Shown here: positions 12,187 through 23,556 of the stretch, in pieces
How positions within the stretch are numbered: the first letter of the stretch is position 1
How the letters are laid out: each line of letters starts with the position of its first letter
Assembly: GCF_016432865.1 (NCBI RefSeq)
Contig: NC_067401.1
Coordinates: forward strand, 238,452,001 to 238,516,000
Reading direction: 5' to 3'
DNA: 64,000 nt
Source: Antechinus flavipes
Lineage: Eukaryota
Translations under genes and position numbers: made by a program
Notes under the pieces: generated by a model
The model's database searches: none
Told to the model about the DNA's origin: nothing
The model's input: only the letters and a program-made list of their open reading frames with translations

Positions 12187-13220
12187 GTAAGTTAGTTTAA
12201 GGAAAGTTTAAAAAACTCCAGGCTAGAATACTGTGCTACTTTTGTTTTAGAAGATGGCCAAGGACAGCCTCCAAGTGTAAGAAGGCATCTTGGCAATATG
12301 GTATTACTGCTCTAGAGATAATTTTTTGCCTTCTAGAACCATAGGATAGTGGGGGTAAAAACAATCACTGGACTTAGAATCAGTGGAGCTGAGTTTGACT
12401 TGTGTGAAATTCTGCGAAATAAACAATAATAGCATTATTTTAAAGTTTGCCAAGTACTTTACATAGATTAATTTATTTGATCCTCACAATAAAAAGTAAA
12501 TGCTATTTTTGTTCCCATTTTTCAGATGAGGAAACTGAGTTTGAGATAGATTAAATGACTTATTCAGGATACATAGCCAAGTAAGTATCTGAGGTAGGAT
12601 CTGAGTTCAGGTCTTCTAGTGTCTCAGAGTAATAGTATGCATTATAACCACTTAACTGCCTCTAGGCCTCATGTGGTTCATCTGTAAAATGGTAATAATA
12701 ATACTACTATTTCTCAAGATCATCTACTCCTAATTGAGGCATGGAAGGGTTTCTTTCTATAATAACTGGAAAGAGTTACCAAAAATGGAAACATTGATAA
12801 AGATTCTTTAAAATTTTTTTTGTTCATACATATTTAACCTATATCAGATTGCTTGATGTCTTGGGGAAGGGAGGAAAGAAGAAAAATTTAGAACACAGTT
12901 TTACAAAAATTAATGTTAAAAACTATCTTTATATGTATTTGGAAAAAGAAAATACTACTGAAAAAATATTTTTAAATTTCTTAACTTTTATTGATTTTTA
13001 AAAAAATATTACTTTCAGCTCTGGATCTAATCTTGCCCTTTCACTTGCCCAGTAACTCACTCCCCCCATCTTTTAATACAAAAAGTCAAAAGAAAGAGAA
13101 AGAGATAGTCTAAGCAAACCCAACAAAGTATATACAATATTAAACATCCATAGAATTCCTCTTTGTAAAGCAAAATGGAGTATATCTTCTCAATTTTCTC
13201 TAGTGCCAATCTTGGTTTAC

Positions 13221-13366
13221 TTTTTTTCCCCCTGAGGCAATTAGGGTTAAGTGAATTGCCCAGGGTCACACAGCTAGGACATGTTAAGTGTCTGAGGCCA
13301 GATTTGAATTCAGGTCTTCCTGACTTCAGGGCTGGTGCTCTATCCACTGGGTCACCTAGCTACCCC
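13221..13366 (-). mobile_element. WSINE1-type SINE inside an L1 fragment
   Basis: Reverse consensus match; flanks ttggtttactt / ttgctttactt form a near-perfect TSD. Confidence 0.88.
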
Positions 13367-13839
13367 TTGCTTTACTTAAAAAATTTTTTTTCATGTCATC
13401 ATTTTGGGTGGTTTCCATCCAATATAAATGAGGTATTCTTGTTTTTATTGTTATTTGTTCTTAATATCCAACACTTCTCTAACAAATATCAATACTTGAA
13501 AAATAAAGGAGAATTTTTGTAAGAGGAAATAATGCAGTAAAATCTCAATTAATAAAAATGTTTAGGGAAAGAGATGTATGTTCTGTTGACTTGTATTTTT
13601 TTGGCCAATTCAGGATTAACAAGAAAAACCTGTTGGTTTCAACTGTCAAAATCTTTAAAAAATATAATAGTTCATTTTTCTGTCTTTGTTAAGAATGACA
13701 TAATGAATGCAATTGAATCTTTCTTTGATAATTGAGGATCCTGAAGTATGTGAGACCATAATTCTGATTATAGTGTACAGGCAGACATAAGGTATTTAGA
13801 AGATTAGGCTAAATTTGCAATAACCCTATTGTAACCTGA

Positions 13840-13871
<32 letters not shown>

Positions 13872-15213
13872 TTCTTTCTCCTAAAAACAGAATGTAGCCA
13901 AATAATCCAGCAGAGAGTTTCAGGTAGTAGGTTTTTGTTAATTGAGCTTTAACTGTATATCATAATGAATTTAATTTTTTTGAGCAAACTGAATGAAAAA
14001 AATTATGTGAGGTTTGTTTTTTTTTTTTTTTTGGTGAGGGAGGGAGGGATTTTGTCAAACAGTAAGAAACAATTCTGTTATGTAGAGGCAGTTGTTTTAA
14101 AAGAGACCCATTTAATTACAACTTTAGGACCATGGCATAAGAGCTAGCTCAGCTATTACCTATTTCTAAGGAAGAATTAACATTTTGGAAAAAAATCTCA
14201 GTTGCAGAATTAATGTCTTTGAAAATTTAGCAAAATACTGTTTGGGAATCTAAAAATTAAATGAGCCAAGTATTTTTTAGTAGCAATAACAAATGGAAAG
14301 TGTGGCAATGAAAACCAAAATAGGTGTGGGGGATGGGGAAAGCCTCAGCTTTCCAGAGTATGATAATTAGAGACTTCTGAGAATCATTAACCCTCATAGA
14401 GAAAATTACATGAGTTTCTGACTCAATGTACAATAACTTTTTGCTTATTTGTTGGTCAAGTGTCTTGCAATTTCAGCATTTTTGTCTAGTAATCTCCAAA
14501 GAAGGTCTGTGCTTTCTCCTGCTCCCCACCCCCATCAAAGGTAGGGAAAATAGATTTCGTCCCACTCCACCACTTGCAAGCTTATTTTCAACAGAACCAT
14601 CCCCATCCTTCTTTCCCAAACCTTATGTATTCCACAAACTTCCTCTGAATGCAAGCTTCCACTTTCTATCATCTGAACTGCTATTCAGGGAACCCAAAGT
14701 GGCAATTACACAGATGCTAATGGAAAAACTATCTTCTCACCCTCTCCCCTCACCTGCATCACCCCCAGTTTCCACCATGCTTATATGATAGGTGCTCTAA
14801 AGACTGCATTCTAGAGGCAGTAATAGGTGAACAAGGACTCTGCTTCTCTTGGATTCCTTATTCTCTTTCATCCCAAATATCCAACAAGGTGCTAAACCTA
14901 TCCTAGTTTATGTCCTTTCAAATGGACTATTTCAATAGATTCCTAATTTGTCTTCCTGCCTCAAGTATCTGCTCTCTACTCCAATATTCTTTTACCTGTG
15001 AAATTGATTTTCCCTAAATGTACATTTGACCATGCTTCTCTCCTTCTCAGTAAACTTTTGGCTAAGATAAAATATTGCTTTTTCTTTATCTCTTCCATTT
15101 CTATTTCAATTTTTGTCTATATACATGTATATATACACACATATTTGGGGGATGTAAATTTTTTTCTTACTAATATGTGTGCAATGTTAAAAAGGTCTGG
15201 AGATCACTAATCT

Positions 15214-15317
15214 CTTTATTTATTTTTATTTTATAGTTTGTATTTAATATTTTTATCTTCCCCAGTTATATACAAAGCAATTTTTTACATTTGTTTTTAA
15301 AACTTTGAGTTCCAGAT
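15214..15317 (-). mobile_element. 5'-truncated L1 3' terminus with perfect 18-bp TSD
   Basis: tctggagatcactaatct at 15196-15213 and 15318-15335 flanks a T-rich tail plus L1 end. Confidence 0.85.
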
Positions 15318-16350
15318 TCTGGAGATCACTAATCTTGAAACTAGAAGGAAGATTAAAAAGGCCTTTAAGCAATGAGAAAAATGGCTATCATAATGCCTGT
15401 GTATTTAATTCTAAAGTCAAAAAACATTTACTAAGGTTTTTCTATTTATGAGTCATTGTGCTAAGTGCTGTGTATATGAAGAAGGCAAAAAACATATAGT
15501 CCTGGCTCTCAAGTTCACAATCTAATGATGGAAGCAAGTATGAAAATAGGCATGCAGACATATGTGTATAACATATACAAATGTGGGTATGTATATACAG
15601 GGCACAGATAAAATAGATAAAAGATAATCTCACAGGGGAAATCACTAGCAGCCAGATGGGGAGAGGTAGAGTCTCTTGTAGATGGTGGGAATTGAGATGC
15701 ACCTTGAAATTTGATGAACCTTTGCATATTTGAATAATATATATTTGCATATTTGGGTAATATACCTTTCCCTAATGATGCTAGTTAAGATAGATATCAT
15801 TCTATTTGGCTAAAATATACAGTTCATAATATGATAATTAATAATAAACATTTACATACCATTTACTATGGGCTAGACACTGTATTAAGCACTTTACAAA
15901 TACCATCTCATTTGATTATCAGAATATCAGCAGAGCATATAATCCTCATTTTGTAGGTGAGAAAACTGAAGCAAGTGGCTTGCCCAAAGTGTCACAGTAA
16001 GCAGATATTTGATACAAGATTTGAACTTCTGACTCTAGGTCTTGTGCTCTAGCCATTGTTTCACCTAACTTCCTCCAGTTTGTGAATGTCTGAGTGGACA
16101 GACATGGTGATGGTTTCCTCTTTGTGGGGAACTCCTGGTATTGAAACTCCTTCATGAAAACTCATCTGTCCTTTATAGTCTTAGATAGTTGGCTGATTCT
16201 CTCTGAGGTTAAGTGTTTTGCTTAGGGTCAATATATCTTATAAAATGTCAGAGGAAGACTTGAATCCAAGACTTTTTGATTCCATGGCAAGTTATTGATT
16301 GATTACTTAATAAATTTAATTATTTATGTATATTTTATCATCATTCTTTT

Positions 16351-16456
16351 CAAAAGTTCTTTTCAAAGACAACTAGCAGTATTATAACCAATTCATTATA
16401 GAATTCATTATAAAATTGTATATAATACTGCTAGTTGTCTTTGAAAAGAACTTTTG
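16351..16456. repeat. Perfect inverted repeat: 36-bp arms, 34-nt spacer
   Basis: caaaagttcttttcaaagacaactagcagtattata (16351-16386) is the exact reverse complement of 16421-16456. Confidence 0.97.
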
Positions 16457-16914
16457 CATTAGGGGTCAACTTTAATGGAAAATCATGATAAAATATACAG
16501 AAATAATTAAATTTATTAAGTACAAAAATTTTTAAATGATCATTGTTTATAAAAATCCATAGGTTCCTTTTTAATTGATATCTAAATAAAGGTCCCTCTG
16601 GATGTAATAGAACACCAGAGTATAGTGTAATTGCAAATGATTTAACAGTAAACATTCTCTCGTATTCTCTGAATGTAAACAAGTGAATATGTCTACTAGA
16701 CCTTGTTGGTATATGGGAACAAATATCAAGCTAGCCCTAAAAATGTGTCAACATCCAATGTAATTTCATCTTTTATTTAAAAAATTGATTTGAATTTTAA
16801 AAATTGATGTTCCCTTGGAGGCATACTTCTTTTCATTCACTCCTAGGTATGCTTTTGAAAAGTCTTCATGGGAATTAGTGAGATAGGGTTATAGTTGTGC
16901 TAATGTTAATATAT

Positions 16915-16949
16915 ACACACACACACACACACACACATACACACACACA
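16915..16949. repeat. (AC)n microsatellite
   Basis: Direct reading. Confidence 0.93.
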
Positions 16950-17239
16950 TATATTTAGTCATAGGGCTCCTTTTCTTCTCCGAGACCATGCTTGCTTTGT
17001 TCATGTACTCTGTTCTCTCTGATGAACACTTTGCGCCCTATTTCCTCCTCTAAAAGCTACTACCTGACAAATTCTGTTTGCTCTTTTTCTTTCATATAAT
17101 AGAGGGACTGATAATAGTCCACAAAAAAATTCAGCAAACATCTCTTTAAGGTCTGACTAAATAAATATGGTAGCATTGTACACTAAGGGACAAAAATAGG
17201 GCAGTAGACATAAAGACACTTATCAAATTTTGTTGTTCA

Positions 17240-17440
17240 GTCAATCCAGTCCTGTCTCATTCTTTGTGATTTCATTTGGAAGTTTTCTTGGCAAAGATAC
17301 TAAAAAAATGGTTTGCCTCTTTCTTCAGCTCATTTTTTTTGCAAGTGAGGAAACTGAGGCAGGATCTCACAATTAGTAATTGTCTGAGGCCGGATTTGAA
17401 TTCACATCTTCCTGACTTCAAGTCTGCTTCTCTATCCACT
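17240..17440 (-). mobile_element. MAR1-type CORE-SINE (BovB-like tail)
   Basis: ttttcttggcaaagatact...tggtttgcc...gaggaaactgaggc is reverse MAR1. Confidence 0.75.
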
Positions 17441-17488
17441 TATTAAATTGGGGCACTCTCCTTTTCACTTTTTTGTTTTCTTTTTTTT

Positions 17489-17950
17489 GAATGAATACTT
17501 AATGTGGCACAAAACATAGTTTCTTCACCCTTTTTTGTTATTGTTTCTTGTTTTCCCCTCTTTGATCTGATTTTCTTGCTCAGCATGAAGAATATGGAAA
17601 TTTATTTAGAATTGCACATATTTAACATGTGTTTGATTGCTTGCTGTCTAGGGAACAGGGGAAGGTAGGAGAGAAGGAGAAAAATTTGGAACACAAAGTT
17701 TTGCAGAATTGAATGTTGAAAATTATTTTTGCATGCATTTTGAAAAATAAAATATTATTAAAAATAAATTTCTTTATTCATTCTCCATAATTTTCTCCCT
17801 AGATATAGCTGGCTTTTCTATCCTGAGTCTATTGGAATTTCCTTGAATCACTTCACTGTTGAAAAGAGCCATGTCCATTATAATTGATCATCATATAATC
17901 TTGTTGTTCCTATGTATAATGTTCTCTTGGTTCTGCTCACTTTACTTGCA
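17489..17950. mobile_element. L1 3' pieces in opposite orientations (possible micro-inversion)
   Basis: 17489-17768 is the plus-strand L1 terminus; 17775-17950 is the immediately upstream L1 segment on the minus strand. Confidence 0.7.
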
Positions 17951-18169
17951 TTCAACTTTCCTTAATTCCAAGGTGAGACCTTATACCATGGTGCTTCATA
18001 TCATGTTTCCTTTTTTCTATTTGATCTAATTTGTCTAATATGCTTTGATTTACATTTGGTCTGATACTAGTAACAAAAAACCTAATTTAATGTCTTAGTC
18101 CTAAATGACTGGGCTGCAAAAACTAAAAAAAAAAAAAAAAAAAAAAAAATTCATATATGCTAAAATACT

Positions 18170-19570
18170 TAGGGTGGCAAATTATATGGAAAGAAATGGA
18201 AATAAATTAAATGTCCATTGAATAGGAAATGGATACACAAGTTGTGTTGCATGAATGTAATGGAAAATTACTGTGCTGTAAAAAATGATAAGCATGATAA
18301 AGTCAAGAAATTTAAAGACTTTTGCAAACTGCTACAGAAAGAAGGGAGAAGAGCCATGAAAGCAATAAGCACACTGACTACAACAATAGAAATGCAAAGA
18401 ATAGCAACCACAAAGCATTGAAATTTGGCTTTATGAAATTATGGAGAACAGATTTGGCCTTATGGAAGAGATTTGGGAACACACTTACCCTGCTCCTTTG
18501 TACAGATTGGGGTTCATGAGTGTGGAACATTGCATATAATGTTAGGTTTTTTTAAAATTTCTTTTTTTGTTAAATCTTTTTATTTTCAAAATATATGCAT
18601 GGATTATTTTTGTTTTGCGGGTTTTTTATGTGTAGTTGATTTTGCTGAATTATTTCTTTTTCTTTCCCTTTTTCTTTTTTTAAAAATTTTTTTATGCTCT
18701 AAATCACTATTGTTTAAAGAAATGCATATTAAGGCAACTCTGAGAGACCACGTCACACCTTTCAGATTGGCTAAAATGATAGGAAAAGATATGATAAATG
18801 TTGGACAGAATATGGGAAAACTGGGACACTAATACAGTGTTGTGGAATTGTGAATCAATTCAACCATTTTGGAGAACAATTTGGAATTCTGCCCAAAATG
18901 CTGTCAAAGAATCCTCATGTACAAAAATGTTTGTGGTAGCCTTTTTGTAGTGGCAAGGAATTGGAAACTGAGTAGATGCCCATCAGCTGGGGAATAGTTG
19001 AATAAATTATGGTATATGAATGTTATGGAATATTATTATTCTGTAAGAAATGATGAACTGGTTTCAGAAAAGCCTGGAAAGACTTATATGAACTGATGCT
19101 AAGTGAAGTGAGCAGAACCAAGAGAATATTGTCCATAGTAACAGTAAGATTTTGTAATGATCAGCTGTGATGGACTTGGCTCTTTTCAATAATGAGATGA
19201 TGCAAGGCAGTTCCAATAGACTTGTAATGGAAAATGCCATTAGCATTTAGAAAAAGAATTATGGAGACAATGTGGATCAAAGCATAGTATTTTCATCTTT
19301 GTTGGTTGTTTGCTTGATTTTTTTCTTTCTTGTGTCCCCCCCCCCTCCCCGCTTTGATCTGATTTTTCTTGCACAGCATGATGAATATGGAAATTTATTT
19401 AAAAGAATTGCTTATGTTTAATCTACATCAGATTGTTTGCTGTCCAAGGGAGGGCAGAGGGTAGGAGAAAAATTTGGAACACAAGGTTTTGCAAAGGTTA
19501 ATATTGAAAATTTTCTCTTTATGTGTTTGGAAAAATAAAATATTACTAAAAATAAAATAAAAAATTATAA
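18170..19570 (+). mobile_element. Two tandem L1 3' regions of different subfamilies
   Basis: L1 ORF2-end/3'UTR strings at 18170-18710 and 18720-19570 (ccacgtcacacctttcagattggctaaaatg...tttggaacacaagg). Confidence 0.85.
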
Positions 19571-19929
19571 GAGATAGCTCTCTGGGATGGAGTTGGGGGA
19601 AAATATAGAAGTAAATCTAGGTAATGTAAAAACAAAAACAAGCAGTAAAATTTTATTTAAAAGGAAATATGAAGTATGACCATAAAGTAATGTGGTGAAT
19701 TTTATTAATTGTTTAAGGTGTGACCATTCAAAATAAAATTTCTTCTTTTCAAAGTAGCCACATTAGAAAGCTACATATTTACTTCAAACAATGCTATTTG
19801 GCTCATAATTGTTCTATATATCCTCACTTTAGAGCCTCAAGAAGTCTACATCTGTTAGAGTGGCTAGTTTTTTAAAAAAAATTATACTTTCAGGGTATAT
19901 TTGAGATTAACCAAAAATCTGTTTCCCTT

Positions 19930-20420
19930 AGTCCACTCAAGAATGAAATAGCAAAACATTCCACTATCTTTGCCAAGAAAACTCCATGGACATGGATTCA
20001 TGGTTCATGGAGTCATAAATAGTTGGACATGACCAAACTAACAATAACAACAATTATTTTGAGCAGCTAGAGGACAAAATTGATAAAAGTGCTGGGCCTG
20101 GAATCAAGAAAACTTATCTTCCTCAGTTCAAATCTGGACTTAGATACTTACTAGCTATGAGACCTTGAGCAAGTCCCTTAATCTATTTGCTTCAGTTTTC
20201 TCATGTGTAAAATGAATTGTAGATTGCTTTTCAGTCATTCCTAGTTCTTTATGACTCCATGGACCAAAGCATACCATGCCCTCCTAATATCCCACTATCT
20301 CTTGAAGGAAATTAGAGAAGAAACTAGCTAACCATTCCAATGGCTTTGCCTAGAAAACCTCAAATGGGGTTATGAAGAGTTGGACATGATCAAAATAACT
20401 AATCAATAACAACAACAAAA
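19930..20420. mobile_element. Cluster of nested MAR1-type SINE pieces
   Basis: Several BovB-like tails (tttgccaagaaaact...gttggacatga) and a CORE head at ~20060. Confidence 0.65.
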
Positions 20421-20849
20421 ATCTGTACTCAAGACTGATGAAGAAAATGAATATAGATTCCAGATGATAACATTTAAGATCAAAAATGACATTTGATTCT
20501 AGAGTAACGAAATTCAAGTCAACGAACTTTTATTATTTGCAAGGCACTTTGCTAAATGCTTAGCATATAAAGAAAGGTGAAAAGAAAGACAATCTCCATC
20601 CTCAAAGAACTTACATTATATTTAATGAAGAAAGACAACATATAAAAGGGAGCTGAAAAGTGTTTATGTAGTGAAAAGAAAGGTGCTGATGAATTATGGG
20701 GGAGGGACTCTGATGAGGAAATAGAACCTTTCTTCAAAATGAAGGTTCTAGGAGGAACTTGCCAATAGCAAAATGAGGCTTCAGAAGCATAGAGAAAAAG
20801 CAGCTGAAGCATGTGGTAAAGTCTGGAGAGATTTTTTTTTTGGTGTGCA

Positions 20850-21050
20850 GCATGATTGAATTTGGAGGTGAATACTGAAGAGGATTTCCAACATTTTAAA
20901 GTTATGGATATACTACTGAGATACTTGTTTAACCTCCTATAATAAGGGTATATAATATTTGCATTACCTTCAATGGTGACTACTTTGAAGGAGATTTTAG
21001 GAATATCTATTGAAGATATTAGCCGTATTACTTTAGAGTCATACAATTCA
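20850..21050 (+). mobile_element. Mariner (MARNA-like) 3' end remnant
   Basis: TGC ATT ACC TTC AAT GGT GAC TAC TTT GAA GGA GAT = CITFNGDYFEGD (20960-20995), the mariner transposase C-terminal motif, followed by a TIR-like attactttagagtcatac. Confidence 0.6.
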
Positions 21051-21359
21051 CAATATTCACAATTCACATTCAAATATTTTTATGCTTATCTAAATAAATG
21101 GGTAAGTTTGCTTATTTTTAGATTAGATTTCTTTTTTCCTTTTTGCTTGGATTTGCTTTGTTCTAATTTTTGATTCTGCACAAGTATTTGGACCCTCACT
21201 GTCCTTGAAGACCACATAAAAATCACTCAAAAGGGGAAGAATGACAGCCATTGCCCAGTTAGAAAGCCAGTAAGTTAGTTGGGTAGCTGAAGGGTCATAG
21301 CTGCAGGACTACAGTTAACCTTGACTAGACAGAGTGGCAGTTAGAAACTTAAATTTTTT

Positions 21360-21962
21360 AAAAAATAATAACTTTTAAAAAAATTAAAATTAAAAAAATA
21401 TAATAGCTTTTTCATTTTCAAAATACATGCAAAGATAGTTTTCAACATTCACCCTTGCAAAACATTGTGTTCCAATTTTTTCTCCCTCCTTTTCCCACCC
21501 ACTCCCCTAGATAGCAAATAATCCAGTGTATGTTAAACACGTACAATTCTTCTGTACATATCTCTACATTTATCATGCTGCACAAGAAAAATCAGATCAA
21601 AAAGGAAAAAAAAAAGAGAAAGAAAGCAAAAAAGCAGGCAAACAACAACAAAAAGGTGAAAAAACTATGTTGTTCCAACATATAAAGGACTGCTTGCCAT
21701 CTAGGGGAGGGGGTGGAGGGAGGAAGGGGAAAAAAAATCGGAAAAGAAACGAGTGCAAGGGATAATGTTGTCAATATAAAGTAATCATTAAATAAAAAAT
21801 AAAAATTAAAAAAAAAAAGAAAAAGAAAAAACTATGTTGTGATCCACATTCAGTCCCCAGAGTTCTCTATCTGGATACAGATGTCTCTCTTCATCACAAG
21901 TCTATTGGAATTGGCCTGAATCACCTCATTGTTGAAAAGAGCCACATCCATCATAGTTGATC
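21360..21962 (-). mobile_element. L1 3' end hosting a younger L1 insertion
   Basis: tagctttttcattttcaaaatacatgcaaagatag...gagccacatccatcatagttgatca. Confidence 0.85.
21674..21824 (+). mobile_element. Young 5'-truncated L1 (151 bp) with perfect 16-bp TSD
   Basis: TSD gaaaaaactatgttgt at 21658-21673 and 21825-21840; ggactgcttgccatctaggggagg..., CpGs retained, A-rich tail. Confidence 0.88.
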
Positions 21963-22157
21963 AGGAGATGAGGTTTTTATTATGAATAAGTAAATAAAGT
22001 TGCTGTATCTTTTCCTTTCACAGTAGTTAAGGGGTTAGATTGCTGCTGGGATTTTATTTGGTTAGGGGCACTGCGTAACAGGCCAATAGTTCTGGCTGAA
22101 AAATTTAAAACCAGAACTCTCTGGGGTTCCTGTTCACATGAATGCTTTCCCTTTCAG

Positions 22158-22237
22158 AGCCACAACCATGAAGATTTTAGCCATAGTAACTCAATTACTT
22201 TTATGTTATATTTTGATTCCAAATGGGCCAAATTCAG
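22158..22237 (+). CDS. Candidate exon with ATG (22168) encoding signal-peptide-like MKILAIVTQLLLCYILIPNGPNS; unverified
   Basis: Acceptor tgctttccctttcag|, Kozak-like ACAACCATGA, hydrophobic core, phase-1 donor CAG|gtagct (weak, +5 is not G). No known gene recognised. Confidence 0.25.
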
Positions 22238-22499
22238 GTAGCTATACAGCCTTGAGCTCGCTAAATTGCTGTGACTATCAAGTGAAGATATGGATTTTGG
22301 GGAGGTTGTAGGAATCTCTGTTTTGTATTTTAAGCAAAATTAAATGGGCACAGAAAGCAAAAGCAATATTCCTCATCTCCTTCCTATGCCAATGCACCAT
22401 TCAGTCCCTTGCTTCAACTCTTTGTATCATTTAAAAAAAAATTCAATGCTCTTTTTTGCATATAATTTATTAATTACTCTTCCAATGAGTAAAAAGCAA

Positions 22500-22680
22500 A
22501 ATAGTGCTGAGTTCAAATTTGGCCTTACACTTTGCTAGCTGCATGATCCTGGGCAAGTCACTTAGCCCTCTTTGCCTCAGTTTGTTTATCTGTAAAATGA
22601 ACTGGGCAAGGAAATAGCAAACCATTCTGGTACCTTTGTCCGGAAAACCCCAAATGAAATCATGAAGAATCAGAGAAAGA
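22500..22680 (+). mobile_element. MAR1-type SINE (partial)
   Basis: gagttcaaatttggcc...ctgggcaagtcactta...ggaaatagcaaaccattc. Confidence 0.75.
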
Positions 22681-22683
22681 AGT

Positions 22684-22770
22684 CCTTCCTTCCTTCTTTC
22701 CTTCCTTCCTTCCTTTTCTTTCCTTCCTTCCTTCTTTCCTACCCCTCTCTTCCTCCTTTTCTTCCTCCTC
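22684..22770. repeat. (TTCC)n-rich polypyrimidine tract
   Basis: Direct reading. Confidence 0.85.
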
Positions 22771-23482
22771 CCACTAACTCAACCATCATACTAACTTTTT
22801 AAAAAACTTTGCATCTCAGGAATTTCCTGAACTTTGTGCTTTTATGACAATGGCTATTCTATCTTTATTGCTTTTCCAACCACAAGCATATTCTCAATAT
22901 TCAGAGCTTGTGATTTTCTTGTGCAAACAGATGCTTTAGTTAGTACATAAATGATTTCCTAATGTAATTGAAACAGAGCCCATTTATTAAAAATCAAGTA
23001 TCCTTTAATTTTGAAAACTAAGGCCATAATAAGAGAATAATAGCATAGGTTTCTTTTGCTTGGTGTTTCTGTGCAATAATTATAGTGTTCTTGAATCAAT
23101 GAACTAAGTCTTTCATCAAAACATTTTGCCTGTATTTTCATCATTTTGCTTTATGTTTTAGCAGAAGTGCTGAGCATTCATTACTCTTGCCATTTTAAAC
23201 TATTCTATATGTACAAATTTAATGATTCTGGGTGAATAGGAAGTTTTAAAATTAAAAAAAATTTCATCCACCTCTTTATTTTGATATTTCTTTCTCTCTG
23301 TGTTGCTGTTCACTGGACATTTCTGCTGCTGACATAGAAATAATGAATGATGTACACTGAGACCAAAGAATAAGTATCAAAATAATGAAAAAAGCCTACA
23401 TGAGTATTGACTGGCAGACATATATCTGTGTATATGTATATATGCACACTCATATATATATATATATATGTATGTATGCACA

Positions 23483-23556
23483 CAGGGTGTTTCAAAAGTC
23501 TTAGTGCAGATGTAAGCTATTCAAGCTTAAAATTGCACTGACTTTCAGGACACTAT
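23483..23556. mobile_element. Tc1/mariner-type palindromic MITE (~75 bp)
   Basis: cagggtgtttcaaaagtcttagtgcag...aagct...agcttaaaattgcactgactttcaggacact is an imperfect palindrome with a CAGGGTG terminus next to a TA run. Confidence 0.7.

Noticed and set aside
13057-13522. ORFs such as MDRAPALKSGRPEFKSGLRHL and LRQLGLSELPRVTQLG (also 7404-7601, 41935-42298)
   Set aside because: These are translations of WSINE1 SINEs; the same peptide recurs wherever the SINE does.
13692-13790. Exon-like segment after ttctgtctttgttaag
   Set aside because: Early stops, weak donors, and no other support.
20552-21073. Longest listed ORF (173 aa, minus strand)
   Set aside because: It runs antisense across an L2 fragment and a mariner remnant, has low-complexity F/S/I/L composition, and shows no recognisable domain.
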